A DNA stretch of 64,000 nt from Balanoglossus misakiensis. Taxonomy: Eukaryota; Animalia; Hemichordata. Positions 62,936 through 64,000 of the stretch are shown here, piece after piece. A program made the translations under genes and the position numbers. The stretch spans positions 3,046,275-3,110,274 of the forward strand of contig CM082587.2 of the NCBI GenBank assembly GCA_040954595.2, read 5' to 3'. Numbering within the stretch: position 1 is the first letter of the stretch; each line of letters begins with the position of its first letter. A model generated the notes under the pieces. It was given only the letters and a program-made list of their open reading frames with translations. It did no database searches and was not told where the DNA came from.

Positions 62936-64000
62936 ATGTCGAGTCTGTATGAAAGAAGTTCTGAAAGTCCATTTATGCAGATCGATGAAATCAATGACAC
63001 CAAGTACAAAACACCACCACGTAAACGAAAGCGATCAGTGGAAATCGAAGAAGAAATTTCAGGTATGAACAAATCAAAAATTCTCAGCACTTGTTGAAAT
63101 TCGTCTTGGTGGTGTCCCACACAAACTATTGAATTCACATTCAGTAATTAATTATAATTTTCGTTATTTGAACAGAAAAAGTAAAACAAGAAATTGACAA
63201 GTTAACAACAAGTATACCAAAGCTGGGGGAAACATTCACAGTTACAAACAAAATTGGAGCAGGTAAGTGATAAAATCTATTAGACTCTATGAAAATTAAT
63301 AAATTTACGCATACATTTTGGAAAAATTTTCCCAGATCTCAGCACACAGGTTTATTTTTGATTAAAAATCTATTTCCATTATTTCCAGGTACCTTCAGCG
63401 CAGTGTACTCGGCCAAACTGAAAGCGTACCCACACGTCGATACTGCATTTGCATTGAAGCACATCATCCCAACAAGTCATCCAAGTCGAATAGAGGGCGA
63501 ATTGCGATGTCTCCATACAATTGGGTAGGTACCAAGTGGTGTCATTCATTTCTGCCAGTGAGTGTGTTGAGGTTGATTTCAATAGTAGAAACAGCCAGCC
63601 TTAGGACACACTCAAAAAGTCCATCCTCATTTATATATTTGTCTTTTCTTTTCCACAGTGGCAGTGATAATGTCATGGGAGTGCAGCTTTGTTTGAGAGA
63701 GAAGGATAATGTAGTCATCGTCATGCCATATTTCACCCATGATAAATTCAGTGTAAGTACTCAAAATAGTATTGGAATTCTATATGCCATTTGCAGGGGA
63801 AATAAAACATCTCTATCAAATAGCTGACTGTTTTGCTCATTTTCAAACAAAATAGTGCGGTGTTAATATGGAAAACCTTTCTCTTGCAGGACTATGTCTT
63901 TGATATGTCCGTCCACGAAGTCAGGGAATATATGCGTAATTTATTCATTGCTCTGAAGCGGGTTCACAAGTTCGACATTATCCACAGAGACATCAAGCCA
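62936..64000 (+). CDS. CDC7: Cell division cycle 7-related protein kinase, 5' part (runs off the right edge)
   Basis: Exons 62936-63062, 63176-63262, 63389-63524, 63659-63752, 63890-end. Motifs: [85 protein letters not shown]. ALKHxIPTSHPxRI is CDC7-diagnostic. Confidence 0.95.

Noticed and set aside
1-64000. CRISPR arrays, tRNA/rRNA genes, transposase or reverse-transcriptase ORFs, prokaryotic operons
   Set aside because: None seen; the window is spliceosomal-intron-rich animal DNA. Small intronic ncRNAs cannot be excluded by eye and would need an Infernal/Rfam scan.

Overview
Intron-rich animal genomic DNA. Gene style suggests a marine invertebrate, possibly a deuterostome, but the species cannot be established from the sequence. 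Left to right: (1) the 5' half of a minus-strand CLCA-family gene whose HExxH metalloprotease motif is destroyed; (2) an intronless 513-aa orphan ORF rich in RPx[T/S]A motifs, downstream of RFX X-box-like sites; (3) two tandem paralogous micro-exon genes that the ORF track misses; (4) a NIT-domain membrane guanylyl cyclase with a degenerate metal-binding site; (5) a complete UBR4/p600 gene (~108 exons by eye count, 34 kb, minus strand); (6) WDR46/UTP7 (minus strand, one GC-AG intron); (7) the 5' part of CDC7, head-to-head with WDR46. The most striking item is (3). Each gene has a signal-peptide exon, 4 or 6 symmetric phase-1 micro-exons of 9-33 nt encoding Thr/Ala-rich peptides, and a GPI-signal exon, giving CD24/CD52-like precursors of 69 and 84 aa. 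The two genes also share a conserved hairpin-forming 3'UTR block. All exon boundaries were read by eye from splice signals and need RNA-seq confirmation.
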